The notes beneath the pieces were generated by a model. That model saw only the letters and a list, made by a program, of their open reading frames with translations, made no database searches and was not told the origin of the DNA. This document shows, one piece after another, positions 1-9,854 of a stretch of 64,000 nt of DNA; the stretch's first letter is position 1, and each line of letters opens with the position of its first letter. This DNA is from the human T2T-CHM13v2.0 reference genome, Homo sapiens, in NCBI RefSeq assembly GCF_009914755.1, contig NC_060932.1. One strand, written 5' to 3'. The position numbers and the translations under genes are program-made.

Positions 1-1186
1 CCGACAAGGGCGGGAAGCAGTCCCAGGAGCCACCAGAGGCCTTGTCTTGCTGCTGACTGGCAGAAATGGCCAGGTTGGCCACGCCTGACTCAGACCAGGC
101 TCGCCCCAGGGCTGGGTGGGAGTCAGTGTCCCTGAGCAGTGAGCCCTGAGCAGCACTGTGGGTCTCAAAGCATGGAAGGAGTGGGTGCTGGAGAGGCAAG
201 CCAGCCAGCCCACGCCTGGGAGCCCACCCAGGGGACAGCCACAGGTAGCTGCAAATAATCTTGTCCGGGTGGAGACCCAGGCATTCCCACATGGCCACGG
301 GGAAGAGTGGGGGTTGGGAGGCCATGGTGAGAGGGAGGGACACGTGAGGATCATGTGGGCAGGACCCCAACACCACAAGGGTGGGGTGGGCTGAGGCATG
401 AAACTGGATCTCCCTAGAGTGAAATGTAAGCTCCAGCACGCTGGCACCACTGACGACACAGGAGCCATCAAAGTCCAGAAGGGGCCCCGCTGGGCACGCC
501 CCACTCTTTCGCCATGGCTGGTGCTGGGCAGGGCCGCGGGGCTGCAGTCTGGGTGCAAGGCTCAGAGTCATTTCTCTGTGGATAGGGAGGGCACGGGTGT
601 GCGTTCGCTTCGAGAACCATTCCCAAAGTCAGACCGCAGCCTCTGCACCAACCATCGGGGGCCAGTGGCCGCCCCCAGAGCCTCAGGGACCCTGTCCTTT
701 GAGCCCACGCCTAAACCCACATGGGAATGATTTGGAGGCGTGGGTGAGTTGGATGGGAAAAAAATTGGGAGGGGCAAGGGGGGGATCCAGAGTGAAATCC
801 AGAAGCGCAGAAGGAAGGCTGTGAGGAGCAGTGGGCCGCCTCCTGCAGGGCTCCCGGAGCCCCTACTTGTCCAGGCTGCCTGGTGAGACCCTGGCTTCTG
901 GTGTCCTTGGCAGGTGCCAGCCTCCCCCGCTGACCCCCATCACGAGTCAGCAGCTTACCCCACCGACCACGTCCTTCTGCATTGACTGCCTCCTGTCCTG
1001 CTCTGGCCAGGCCTGTGTTCACACTAGTTCTGTCCAGCCCCTCCCTGTGAGGCCAGCTCCAGCCCCAGCGCATGGTGACCATCCCGTTACCCATGGGCAG
1101 GATGCACTCCTCTCAGTGGCTGGCGAGGCGCAGCCTGGTGCGGGCGCCACGGGGTCGGGCTGTGATCGCCTGTGGCCTCCCTGCAG

Positions 1187-1302
1187 GGCTGTGACTCCCT
1201 GACGCAGATCCAGTGCGGCCAGCTGCAGAGCCGCAGGGCCCAGATTCACCAGCAGATTGACAAGGAGCTGCAGATGCGGACGGGCGCTGAGAACCTCTAC
1301 AG
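1187..1302 (+). CDS. RHPN1: RHPN1 exon 2
   Basis: ctgcag|GGCTGT...TACAG|gtcagt; GCDSLTQ...AENLYR. Confidence 0.95.
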
Positions 1303-4300
1303 GTCAGTGCTTGAGACTGCCCGGCCCCGGGAGCAGGGCCCACCTGGGTGAGGGGGGCAGGACAGCCACGCAGGCAGATGTCTGCCCCATGGCCGGGTCA
1401 CAGAGACAGGTGCATGAGCAGCTGGGTCCTGGTGGGCACGTAGTACACGTGATGCTCAGCCATGACCCTCACAGACCTGCCTCCGTGGGCCTCTGTGCTG
1501 GGCTGGAGGTGCCAGGAAACCAGTGTCCCTGCCGGGTGTGCAGCTTGGGAAGCCCCAACAGTGCACGTGGGGGCTTCTCAGAAGAGGCATGGTTGAGGCT
1601 GAGCTGTGGCAGGTGACGGCGCGTCCCAAGGTTGGGGACCTGGGAGGGGGTGGAAGACCTGGGCTGCCTCTTCCTTAGAGCACACCGCCTGTGTGCCACA
1701 CATGTGCGTGTGAGTGCCCCTCGGTCCCCTTAGCACCTGCTACCTCGCTGCCCCCATCCTGGCCTTCCCTGGGGACCTCCGGTCCCTTTGCCAGGCCCTG
1801 ATGCAGGCACAGAGAGGTGTGTGGCTCTCACCCACCATCCAAGGAGTGATGTTTGAGTGCTGTCGAGGGCTGTATGAGCCCCAAAGAAAGCCGTGGTGCT
1901 GAGGGAGGTGCCCCCAGGCCAGAGTCGGAACATGCAGGTGCTGGGGTCGGGGTGATGAACTGTAGGGGGCATCACCTGTGAGCCCCCGGATCCCACTGCT
2001 GCCCCTGCCCCACCCATGGGGGGCAGACCCTGTCAGCGACGTCCTCTGCAGGGTGGGCTTGGAGCTTTGACAGGTCAGCTGGCAGGACGGCTGCAGTGGG
2101 CACGGGGCCTTTGGCTCTGCCTTGGGGCTGGGCTTTCAACTGCCGCGGCCTCCCTCAGAGCCACCAGCAACAACCGGGTGAGAGAGACGGTCGCCCTGGA
2201 GCTGAGCTACGTCAACTCCAACCTGCAGCTGCTGAAGGAGGAGCTGGAGGAGCTCAGCGGTGGCGTGGACCCTGGCCGGCATGGGAGGTGCGGGTGGGGG
2301 CCGGGACAGCACGTGCGTGTATGTGTGTGCACGTGTGCGTGTGTGTGTGCATGTGTGTGCACGCATGTGTGTCTCTGTGTGTATATGTGTGCATTGTCTG
2401 TGTGTGTGCGTGTGTGCATGTGTGTGCATGCATGTCTGTGCGCGTGTGTCTGTGTGCATGTGTCTGTGCATCTCTGTGTGTGTGCGTGTGTCTCTGTGTG
2501 TATATGTGTGCATTGTGTGTGTGCATGTGTGTGTGCATGCGTCTGTGTGCGCGTGTGTCTGTGTGTCTGCATGTGTCTGTGTGTGCATCTCTGTGCGTGT
2601 GTCTGTGTGCACGTGTCTGAGTGCGTGTGCATGTCTGCGTGTATGTGGGTGTGTGTTTGCCTCTATGTGTGCGTGTATGCACGTGTGTCTGTGTGTGTCT
2701 GTGTGTGCGCGTGTGTGTGTGTCTGCACGTGTGTGCATATATGTGTGTGCGTGCGCATGTGTGTCTGCATGTGTATGCACGCATGTGTTTGTGTGTGTGT
2801 GTGCGCGTGCATGTGTGTGTCTCTGTGTGTGTGTGTTTGCTTTTGGGGCGGTTTAGGACGGTGGGGGGTGGTGCACAGGTGCAAGGATGCCCCCCAGGAC
2901 ACAGGCGCACGTGCACACCCATGAGGGAGGGAGGCACCCTGTGCCACAGAGCCCTAGGAGTGGACCCCGGGCTGCCGTGGGCAGCAGGGTTTGGCCTTAC
3001 AGTCTGAAGTCGATGCTTCTGGTTACAGCGAAGCTGTCACTGTCCCCATGATCCCCCTGGGCCTGAAGGAGACCAAGGAGCTGGACTGGTCTACACCGCT
3101 GAAGGTAGGTACTGGCCTCCAAGCTCTGAGATACACGGCCCTGCCCTGGGACCAAGGGGGTCTTGGAGGCTTTCTGGTCCAGCTGTCTGGTTGAACAGAT
3201 AGGGAAACTGAGGCCCAGAGGGAGGGAGGCTTAAAAGGGACGCAAGGGACCTGGCAGAAATGGCCACAGGGACCCAGCCTCTGCTGCGTTCAGGGCCCCG
3301 CTGGTGCCTGCGCCCCAGGCCGGGGCTGATCCCATAGAGTGGGTGTGAACATGTGCCCTACCCTCGGATGGGCAATGCCCTAGGAGGATGGGGCCTGGAA
3401 GCCCCAGCCGGAGCACAGGGTACAGGCTCGCCCATGGAGGGCACCACTGGCTTGGGGCCACACACCCAGCACTGGCTCACGAGGGTCCTGGGGAGAGCTA
3501 GAACAGACTGGCACTGCCTGGCAGGGCCCCACGGGAGCCACTGACTGTGTTCCGTGTCCGAGTCACTGAGTGGCAGATGGCACCTGCCTCCCGGCCACGG
3601 GGATGAATAAGGAAACGCACGTAAAAGTAGCGCTGAGTCTCCAGGCCCCGCTTCTGTGATGGGGTGGGGAAACCCCAGGGCCACAGGGGCTCCGACCCGC
3701 ATCAACCCACCAGGCCCCTCCATACACATTGGCCCCCAGCCCTTCTCTGGGGCTTCCACTGAGGGGCCCAGGGCCCCCACGCTGCATGGCAGCCAGCCTG
3801 CTCTGCGGCACAGACCCTCCCTCCACCATGAGTCTTTTCCCAAGGTGGGTTGGGAGACCTCAGGGAAGGAGGCCAGGCACAGGGGTACTGTGGATGCCAA
3901 CACCTGCCCCCCATCAGGAGCTGATCTCAGTGCACTTTGGAGAGGACGGCGCCTCCTACGAGGCAGAAATCAGGGAGCTGGAGGCCCTGCGGCAGGTGTG
4001 TGGTTCCCCCGCCCACCCACCCTCCTGCAGCCCTGGGAGACACATGCAGAGGCTGAAGCTGAAGTCAGGAACAGACAGAGGAGCTCAGCGTAGACATCTC
4101 GAGGACGTGGGGAGACGGGCGCACCAGGGGCCCTGTGTGTCCAGACCCAGCCAGGGGGCGTGGAGGGGCTCCCAGGTGGCTCCGGTGCCGCATGCTGCTG
4201 GCCTTCGGGAGTCACGGCTGCCCAGGGCCCCACTGGCTTTGCCTCCCCGCCCCCCATGGTGCTGGTGCCCATGGGACTTCCCAGGGCAGTGTGTGTGAGT

Positions 4301-7300
4301 GGGGTGGGCCAGGGCGGTGGGGCCCAGTGGCTCCTGCCCTGCAGGCCATGCGGACCCCCAGCCGGAATGAGTCGGGCCTGGAGCTGCTCACAGCCTATTA
4401 CAACCAGCTGTGCTTCCTGGATGCGCGCTTCCTCACCCCTGCCAGGAGCCTCGGGCTCTTCTTCCACTGGTAGGGGCTCTGCGGGCGGAGGCACCCTGGG
4501 GAGGGGAGGCCCAGCTGCGGGAACCGTGGGAACTCCACCCAGCCTGACCCAACACTGCAGGTACGACTCGCTTACTGGGGTCCCGGCCCAGCAGCGTGCC
4601 CTGGCCTTCGAGAAGGGCAGCGTTCTCTTCAACATCGGTGCCCTCCACACGCAGATTGGGGCGCGCCAGGACCGCTCCTGCACCGAGGGTGCCCGCCGCG
4701 CTATGGAGGCCTTCCAGAGGGCCGCTGGTGAGGGCGGCCCGGGCCGCGGTGGGGCACGGCGCGGTGCCAGGGTGTTGCAGAGCCCCTTTTGCAGGGCAGG
4801 AGCTGGGGAGTGGTTAGGACATCAGTCCCTCAGGTAGGGGGAGTGAGCACATCAGGTCCATATGTGTCCCAGGAGCATCCCTAGCTGGCCGCCCTGAGTG
4901 CTGCATGGGGCAGAGATGGGCAGGTACAGGGCCCTGCCTGTGTGAGCACCCCTCCCTCCGCAGGGGCCTTCAGCCTCCTGAGGGAGAACTTCTCCCATGC
5001 GCCGAGCCCAGACATGAGCGCTGCGTCCCTCTGCGCACTGGAGCAGCTCATGATGGCCCAGGCCCAGGAATGTGTGTTTGAGGGCCTCTCACCACCTGCC
5101 TCCATGGCCCCCCAAGACTGCCTGGCCCAGCTGCGCCTGGCGCAGGAGGCCGCCCAGGTGAGCTCGGGCACCCGTGTCAGGATGCAGGGGGTGGGGCCGA
5201 GCTGGGGTCAGAGCCCAGGTCCAGGCATGCGTGAGCTCTCCCACCTCCTTCCTTGTGTGTCAGCCCCGAGCCAGCTGTTGTCCTGCTCCCTGGGGGGGCT
5301 GGTCAGGAACCTGGGGACCCGAGCCTCTGCCTCCAGGGGATGGCACAAAGCAGCAGGAACTGAGGTGCCAGGGAGGCTGCTGGGATGGTGGTCGGAGCAG
5401 GTGGAGGCTGGGTAGGGAGAAGCAGGCACCACCTGGAGAGTGGGAGGCCCTCGCGTGCCTGCCACATCCACCGGCAGGTGGCAGCCGAGTACAGGCTAGT
5501 GCACCGGACCATGGCCCAGCCACCCGTCCACGACTACGTGCCTGTCTCCTGGACTGCCCTGGTGCATGTCAAGGCCGAGTACTTCCGCTCCCTGGCCCAC
5601 TACCACGTAGCCATGGCCCTCTGCGACGGCTCCCGTGAGTGCCCACCGCACTTGCCCATGGTACTGCCAAGGCCCCCCCGCGCAGGGCTCACAGCCTCTC
5701 TGTCCCCCAGCAGCGACCGAGGGAGAGCTCCCCACGCACGAGCAGGTCTTCCTGCAGCCCCCCACCTCCTCTAAGCCCCGAGGCCCTGTGCTGCCGCAGG
5801 AGCTGGAGGAGCGCAGGCAGCTTGGTAAGGCGCCCATGGGTGGAGTGCCCTGGGGCTCAGATGGTCACCAACGGTGGCAGGGTGTCCCCCACCACCCTCA
5901 TGCTGTTTGCCACCTGCTGTCCCCGTGCTGACGAGTTGGGCCACCTACCTATCCCTGGATGGCCTGTGCCTGATGGGTGACGGCCCAGCGCAGGGGCCCC
6001 AGGAGTGCTGGGCAGCCTCTGAGCAGGTGGGAGACCACTGGGAGCAGCTCATCCCTGGCCCCTGCTTTGCACGTGGCAGAGCCCTCCTGCACAGCCAGCT
6101 CCTCACCCCCGTGGCGCGCACCCCCAACGAAAGTGGCTGTGATGAGCCCCACAGCCCTGGCGTTGCCCACTCCTTCTGCCACGTCCCAGGGCCCACGGGC
6201 CCACATGGTGTGTGACATCCCAGTGCCCCGCGTGCAGGCAAGGCACACCTGAAGCGTGCCATCCTGGGGCAGGAGGAGGCGCTGCGGCTGCACGCCCTGT
6301 GCCGCGTCCTGCGCGAGGTGGACCTGCTTCGGGCTGTGATCTCCCAGACGCTGCAGCGCTCACTGGCCAAGTATGCGGAGCTCGACCGTGAGGATGACTT
6401 CTGTGAGGCTGCCGAGGCCCCGGACATCCAGCGTGAGCAGCCAGGGCCTGTCTGGGTGGCTGCATCCCTGGCCAGGGTGGGGGCCTTCGTCCTGGAGAAA
6501 GGGAGGCTGATTGCATTAAAGATGCAGTCACCACGATGAATTAAACAGCAGTAGCACTTTCCAGGCCACGATCACAGGGACCCACAGAGCTGCTGGGCCC
6601 TTCAGGGGCCTGGGGGATGACCACGCTCCTCAGCACCTCCCTCCCTGCACTGGCCTCCTACCCTGAGGGGAAGCCCACAGACCCAGGACAGGCATGGCTG
6701 GGACTTCAGGGAGGGATTTTGGGAGCCACTTGGGGCAGAGGGGGCTGTGTGTTCAGGGCACACCTGGGGCAGCTCCTCCCACCATTGCAGAGTGGCCAGG
6801 CCTGGAGGTCAGAAGCGGGGCCTGTGTGCACTCAGGGTCATGCCCTGCGCCCTGGAAAATCCCCGAGGCAGGTCTCCACAGTCTCCCAGCTTAGCTCTGC
6901 TCTTACACCCTCTCAGCTAAGACCCACCAGAAGCCAGAGGCCAGGATGCCACGCCTGTCCCAGGGGAAGGGGCCTGACATCTTCCATCGGCTGGTGAGCA
7001 CACCCGTCCCCAGGCACCGCCCAGCATGGGCAGCTTGGGCTGTGTGGCTCTGACCAGCACATGGCCTCAGACAGGCCATTGATGGTGGTCCAGCCCTCCC
7101 CACCCACCTTGTGGAACCCCACGGTGTCCCTCGGTGCACAGGTTGGATGGATGTGCTAGTCAGGTGGGGTCTCCTCAGTGTGTGGCCCAGCTGGGCCTCT
7201 GACCTCTGAGCCCCTGCCAGGGGCCCCTGTCTGTGTTCTCAGCCAAGAACCGGTGGCGGCTGGTGGGGCCCGTCCACCTGACCCGAGGAGAGGGCGGCTT

Positions 7301-8300
7301 TGGCCTCACGCTTCGGGGAGACTCGCCTGTCCTCATCGCTGCCGTCATTCCAGGGAGCCAGGCCGCGGTAAGGGCCCCGCCGGCCCCCTGAGGCTGAGTC
7401 CTTGGTGCCAGCCAGGGTGTCCTGTCCCCACCTCACCGTCCAAGTCTCCCCACAGGCGGCTGGCCTGAAGGAGGGCGACTACATTGTGTCAGTGAATGGG
7501 CAGCCATGCAGGTGGTGGAGACACGCGGAGGTGGTGACGGAGCTGAAGGCTGCGGGAGAGGCGGGCGCCAGCCTGCAGGTGGTGTCGCTGCTGCCCAGCT
7601 CTAGACTGCCCAGCTTGGTGAGCCCCTGGGGCCCCAGAGGGGCGGTCCCCAGCTTGCTGTCACCACCCTGGCCCTGGGCCTGCCTTGGATGCTTGAGCAA
7701 CATTGGGAAGGGGAGGTGGGGCTGCAGGTAACGCTCCCTGGGCCGCCTCCTGGGCAGGGGCCACCTGTGCTGTGGCCTCCATCTGGCAGCTCTTGCCCTG
7801 ACCCCGAGGATGCTGCAGCCCACCCCTCACTGGGCCTCTGTATCCTCAGACTGGAGGCTTCTGGGCCAGGCGCTCCATCCCAGAGGTTTTCTCTACCCAG
7901 CATGGCTGACCCAGGGTTGGGTGAAACCCATGGGCCCCTGCTATGTGGCCACCCTGATGGGAGCCCCCAAACAAGCCCCCGACGTGCCAGCCCCTCCCAG
8001 GTGGTTCTCACCCCTCCCAGACTGGCTGCAGGTGGGGACAGGCCAGCAGTGGCTGACCACAGTCTGTCTCTGTCCCTGCTGCAGGGGGACCGCCGGCCCG
8101 TCCTGCTGGGCCCCAGGGGGCTTCTAAGGAGCCAGAGGGAGCATGGTTGCAAGACCCCGGCATCCACGTGGGCCAGTCCCCGGCCCCTCCTCAACTGGAG
8201 CCGAAAGGCCCAGCAGGGCAAGACTGGAGGCTGCCCCCAGCCCTGTGCCCCAGTGAAGCCAGCTCCGCCCTCATCCTTGAAGCACCCAGGGTGGCCGTGA
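1187..8300 (+). CDS. RHPN1: Rhophilin-1, spliced CDS exons 2-15 (exon 1 lies left of the window); HR1 Rho-binding, BRO1 and PDZ domains
   Basis: 14 AG/GT-bounded exons with consistent phases sum to 1953 nt (650 aa + stop): [19 protein letters not shown]...[11 protein letters not shown]1 ([14 protein letters not shown]), BRO1 ([12 protein letters not shown]) and PDZ (GGFGLTLRG...[13 protein letters not shown]) motifs are present. Confidence 0.98.
2159..2287 (+). CDS. RHPN1: RHPN1 exon 3
   Basis: cctcag|AGCCACC...GGGAG|gtgcgg; [15 protein letters not shown]... Confidence 0.95.
2313..2839. repeat. Complex (TG)n / TGTGCA / TGTGCG microsatellite in RHPN1 intron 3
   Basis: About 525 bp of largely alternating purine-pyrimidine sequence, starting ~25 nt after the exon 3 donor. 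Confidence 0.97.
3029..3104 (+). CDS. RHPN1: RHPN1 exon 4
   Basis: ttacag|CGAAGCT...CTGAAG|gtaggt; [16 protein letters not shown]... Confidence 0.95.
3918..3995 (+). CDS. RHPN1: RHPN1 exon 5
   Basis: catcag|GAGCTG...CGGCAG|gtgtgt; [10 protein letters not shown]...LRQ. Confidence 0.95.
4345..4469 (+). CDS. RHPN1: RHPN1 exon 6
   Basis: ctgcag|GCCATG...CACTG|gtaggg; AMRTPSRNE...FFHW. Confidence 0.95.
4561..4727 (+). CDS. RHPN1: RHPN1 exon 7
   Basis: ctgcag|GTACGAC...GCTG|gtgagg; YDSLTG...FQRAA. Confidence 0.95.
4964..5157 (+). CDS. RHPN1: RHPN1 exon 8
   Basis: ccgcag|GGGCC...GCCCAG|gtgagc; AFSLLREN...EAAQ. Confidence 0.95.
5478..5634 (+). CDS. RHPN1: RHPN1 exon 9
   Basis: cggcag|GTGGCA...TCCC|gtgagt; VAAEYRLV...CDGS. 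Confidence 0.95.
5711..5824 (+). CDS. RHPN1: RHPN1 exon 10
   Basis: ccccag|CAGCGACC...CTTG|gtaagg; (P)ATEGELP...RRQL. Confidence 0.93.
6238..6432 (+). CDS. RHPN1: RHPN1 exon 11
   Basis: gtgcag|GCAAGG...CAGC|gtgagc; [10 protein letters not shown]...APDIQ. Confidence 0.95.
6917..6993 (+). CDS. RHPN1: RHPN1 exon 12
   Basis: tctcag|CTAAG...CGGCTG|gtgagc; PKTHQKPE...FHRL. Confidence 0.95.
7221..7367 (+). CDS. RHPN1: RHPN1 exon 13 (PDZ, first half)
   Basis: tgccag|GGGCCC...GCCGCG|gtaagg; [12 protein letters not shown]...GFGLTLRG. Confidence 0.95.
7456..7617 (+). CDS. RHPN1: RHPN1 exon 14 (PDZ, second half)
   Basis: ccacag|GCGGCT...AGCTTG|gtgagc; [15 protein letters not shown]... Confidence 0.95.
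8085..8300 (+). CDS. RHPN1: RHPN1 exon 15, coding part
   Basis: ctgcag|GGGGAC...CCGTGA; GDRRPVLL...HPGWP*. Confidence 0.95.
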   Translation, partial: GDRRPVLLGPRGLLRSQREHGCKTPASTWASPRPLLNWSRKAQQGKTGGCPQPCAPVKPAPPSSLKHPGWP

Positions 8301-8436
8301 GGGCCAGGATCCCTGCACGCCTCAGCCCTGGCTCCAGCTGGCAGCAAGCACCGAGCATGCCCTCCCCACCCAGAGGACCTCCGGGCAATGCCTGTCCCGC
8401 CTCATGCTGGAGGCTGCCTCGGGCACCTGCCTGCCC

Positions 8437-8442
8437 ATTAAA
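8437..8442 (+). terminator. RHPN1: Candidate proximal poly(A) signal ATTAAA of RHPN1
   Basis: Variant hexamer ~137 nt after the stop codon, in otherwise GC-rich UTR. Confidence 0.55.
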
Positions 8443-9401
8443 GACTGGTCAGACCTGTCTGAGCCCAGTGATGGGAGCTGTGGCCTCTTCACCCACACAC
8501 AGAAGGATGCCAGTCCCTCTGTCGGTCTGAGGTCAGCTTCCTGGGGCTGCCCCACCCTGAGGGCTCCTTACAGGGTGCTCCTCACAGCCATCCCATCTGT
8601 ACCCCCGGGCTCTGTCCACCCTGCTGCTGCCCTGGGCACAGACCCTGAGGTCTCAGTCCTGCCTCCAGCCAAGTTTCTGCCTGGTGCCCAGTGATTCCTG
8701 CTGGGCACCCCTTCGCTCACTGCCCCTCCACCATGCAGCAGCCAGACACACCCACAGCACCCGCAGACCTCTAGGCCGGGTCCCAGACATGGCCTTCCCC
8801 CAAAATACTTCCTGCTGTCCTGTCTGTGCACAGAGCAAGGGACTCCCCACCTCTGCGCCCTGTCCTGGTCATCATGGGCTCTGTGCTGGTCAACCCAGCA
8901 AGTGTCCCGTTTGCCCAGGAGTCCCTGGTGTCGTGGCCCAGGTCTCATGGTGGCCCTAAGCCTGCCAGCCCTGCTGCCCGCCTTGCTGTCCTGCTCTGAG
9001 CATGGGTGCCACCCTCCAGCTCCTGGGCGTGTCACTTCTCTCTGAGCCTGGGGCCTGCATGGGCCCCCAGCCCTCCCCAGCCTGCTTGGGCCACTCCTGC
9101 TGGCCTCCACAGGCCGTGAGCTGTCAGTGTCTCAAGCAGGGGAAGTGAGGGCTGCCTCCAGGCCTCCGTGTACTGGGTGGACAATGGCCCCCAAAGGCCG
9201 TCGGCAAGAACACCACCTCCAGGACCCCTACAGCAGTGGGCTCAGGACTTGGGCACCAAGAGGAGAGGGTGGGAAGGGCTGCAGAGTCAGGGCTGCACCC
9301 AAGAGGAGCCACGGAGCCGGAGCCGGAGCGGAGGCCCCCACCGAGGGCCCCAGGGCCTGGCAGGTTCCGGAAGAGACAGGGCCAGCGGGAGTCATTCCCT
9401 G

Positions 9402-9420
9402 CAGCCACTAGGGGGCAGCC
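9402..9420 (+). promoter_or_regulatory. CTCF motif, forward orientation
   Basis: cagCCACTAGGGGGCAGcc matches the CCASYAGRKGGCRS consensus at every position. Confidence 0.7.
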
Positions 9421-9848
9421 GCCACCCGCTCAGCAGCCCTGGGAGGCGGCACGGGCAGGTGCGCCTTGGGAGGGCTGAGGCAAAGACCCCGGGTAGAAAG
9501 GCGGCCCCCAGCTCTGCGAGACCCCTGCCCTCTTGTCCAGTCCCTTCCGAGGGTCCGCAGGTGAGAGCAGCCTGCCCTGCATCCCAGGCTCTGGTTCCAG
9601 GGTCCAGGGCCCTGCGCTGCCACCTCCCTCGTGCTTCAGCCAAGAAAATGGGGGTGCAAGTAGGGTGTTTGGGGTCCCAGAGACGCAGGCGCCGCGGCGC
9701 GATCTTCCTGGGCAGGAGGGCAGGGCTCCCCAACCTGCCTGAGCCGGGGTGGGGGTCCAGGTCCCCCACTTGCCCTTGTGGGAAAATCCCTGTCTCAGCA
9801 GAATGGGCCAAGGTCACGCAGGTCTCCCCAGCACGTGTTAATTTGGTT

Positions 9849-9854
9849 AATAAA
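9849..9854 (+). terminator. RHPN1: Distal poly(A) signal AATAAA of RHPN1
   Basis: Canonical hexamer in a U-rich patch (gtgttaatttggttAATAAAac), ~1.55 kb after the stop. Confidence 0.75.

Noticed and set aside
2016-2937. Cys/Val- and His/Thr-rich ORFs
   Set aside because: Products of the TG repeat; only 2159-2287 is a real exon
7689-8084. ATG-initiated open frame in RHPN1 intron 14, in frame with exon 15, and cryptic donor CAG|GTAACG after 7727
   Set aside because: Plausible by chance at this GC content, with no promoter evidence; needs junction or TSS reads
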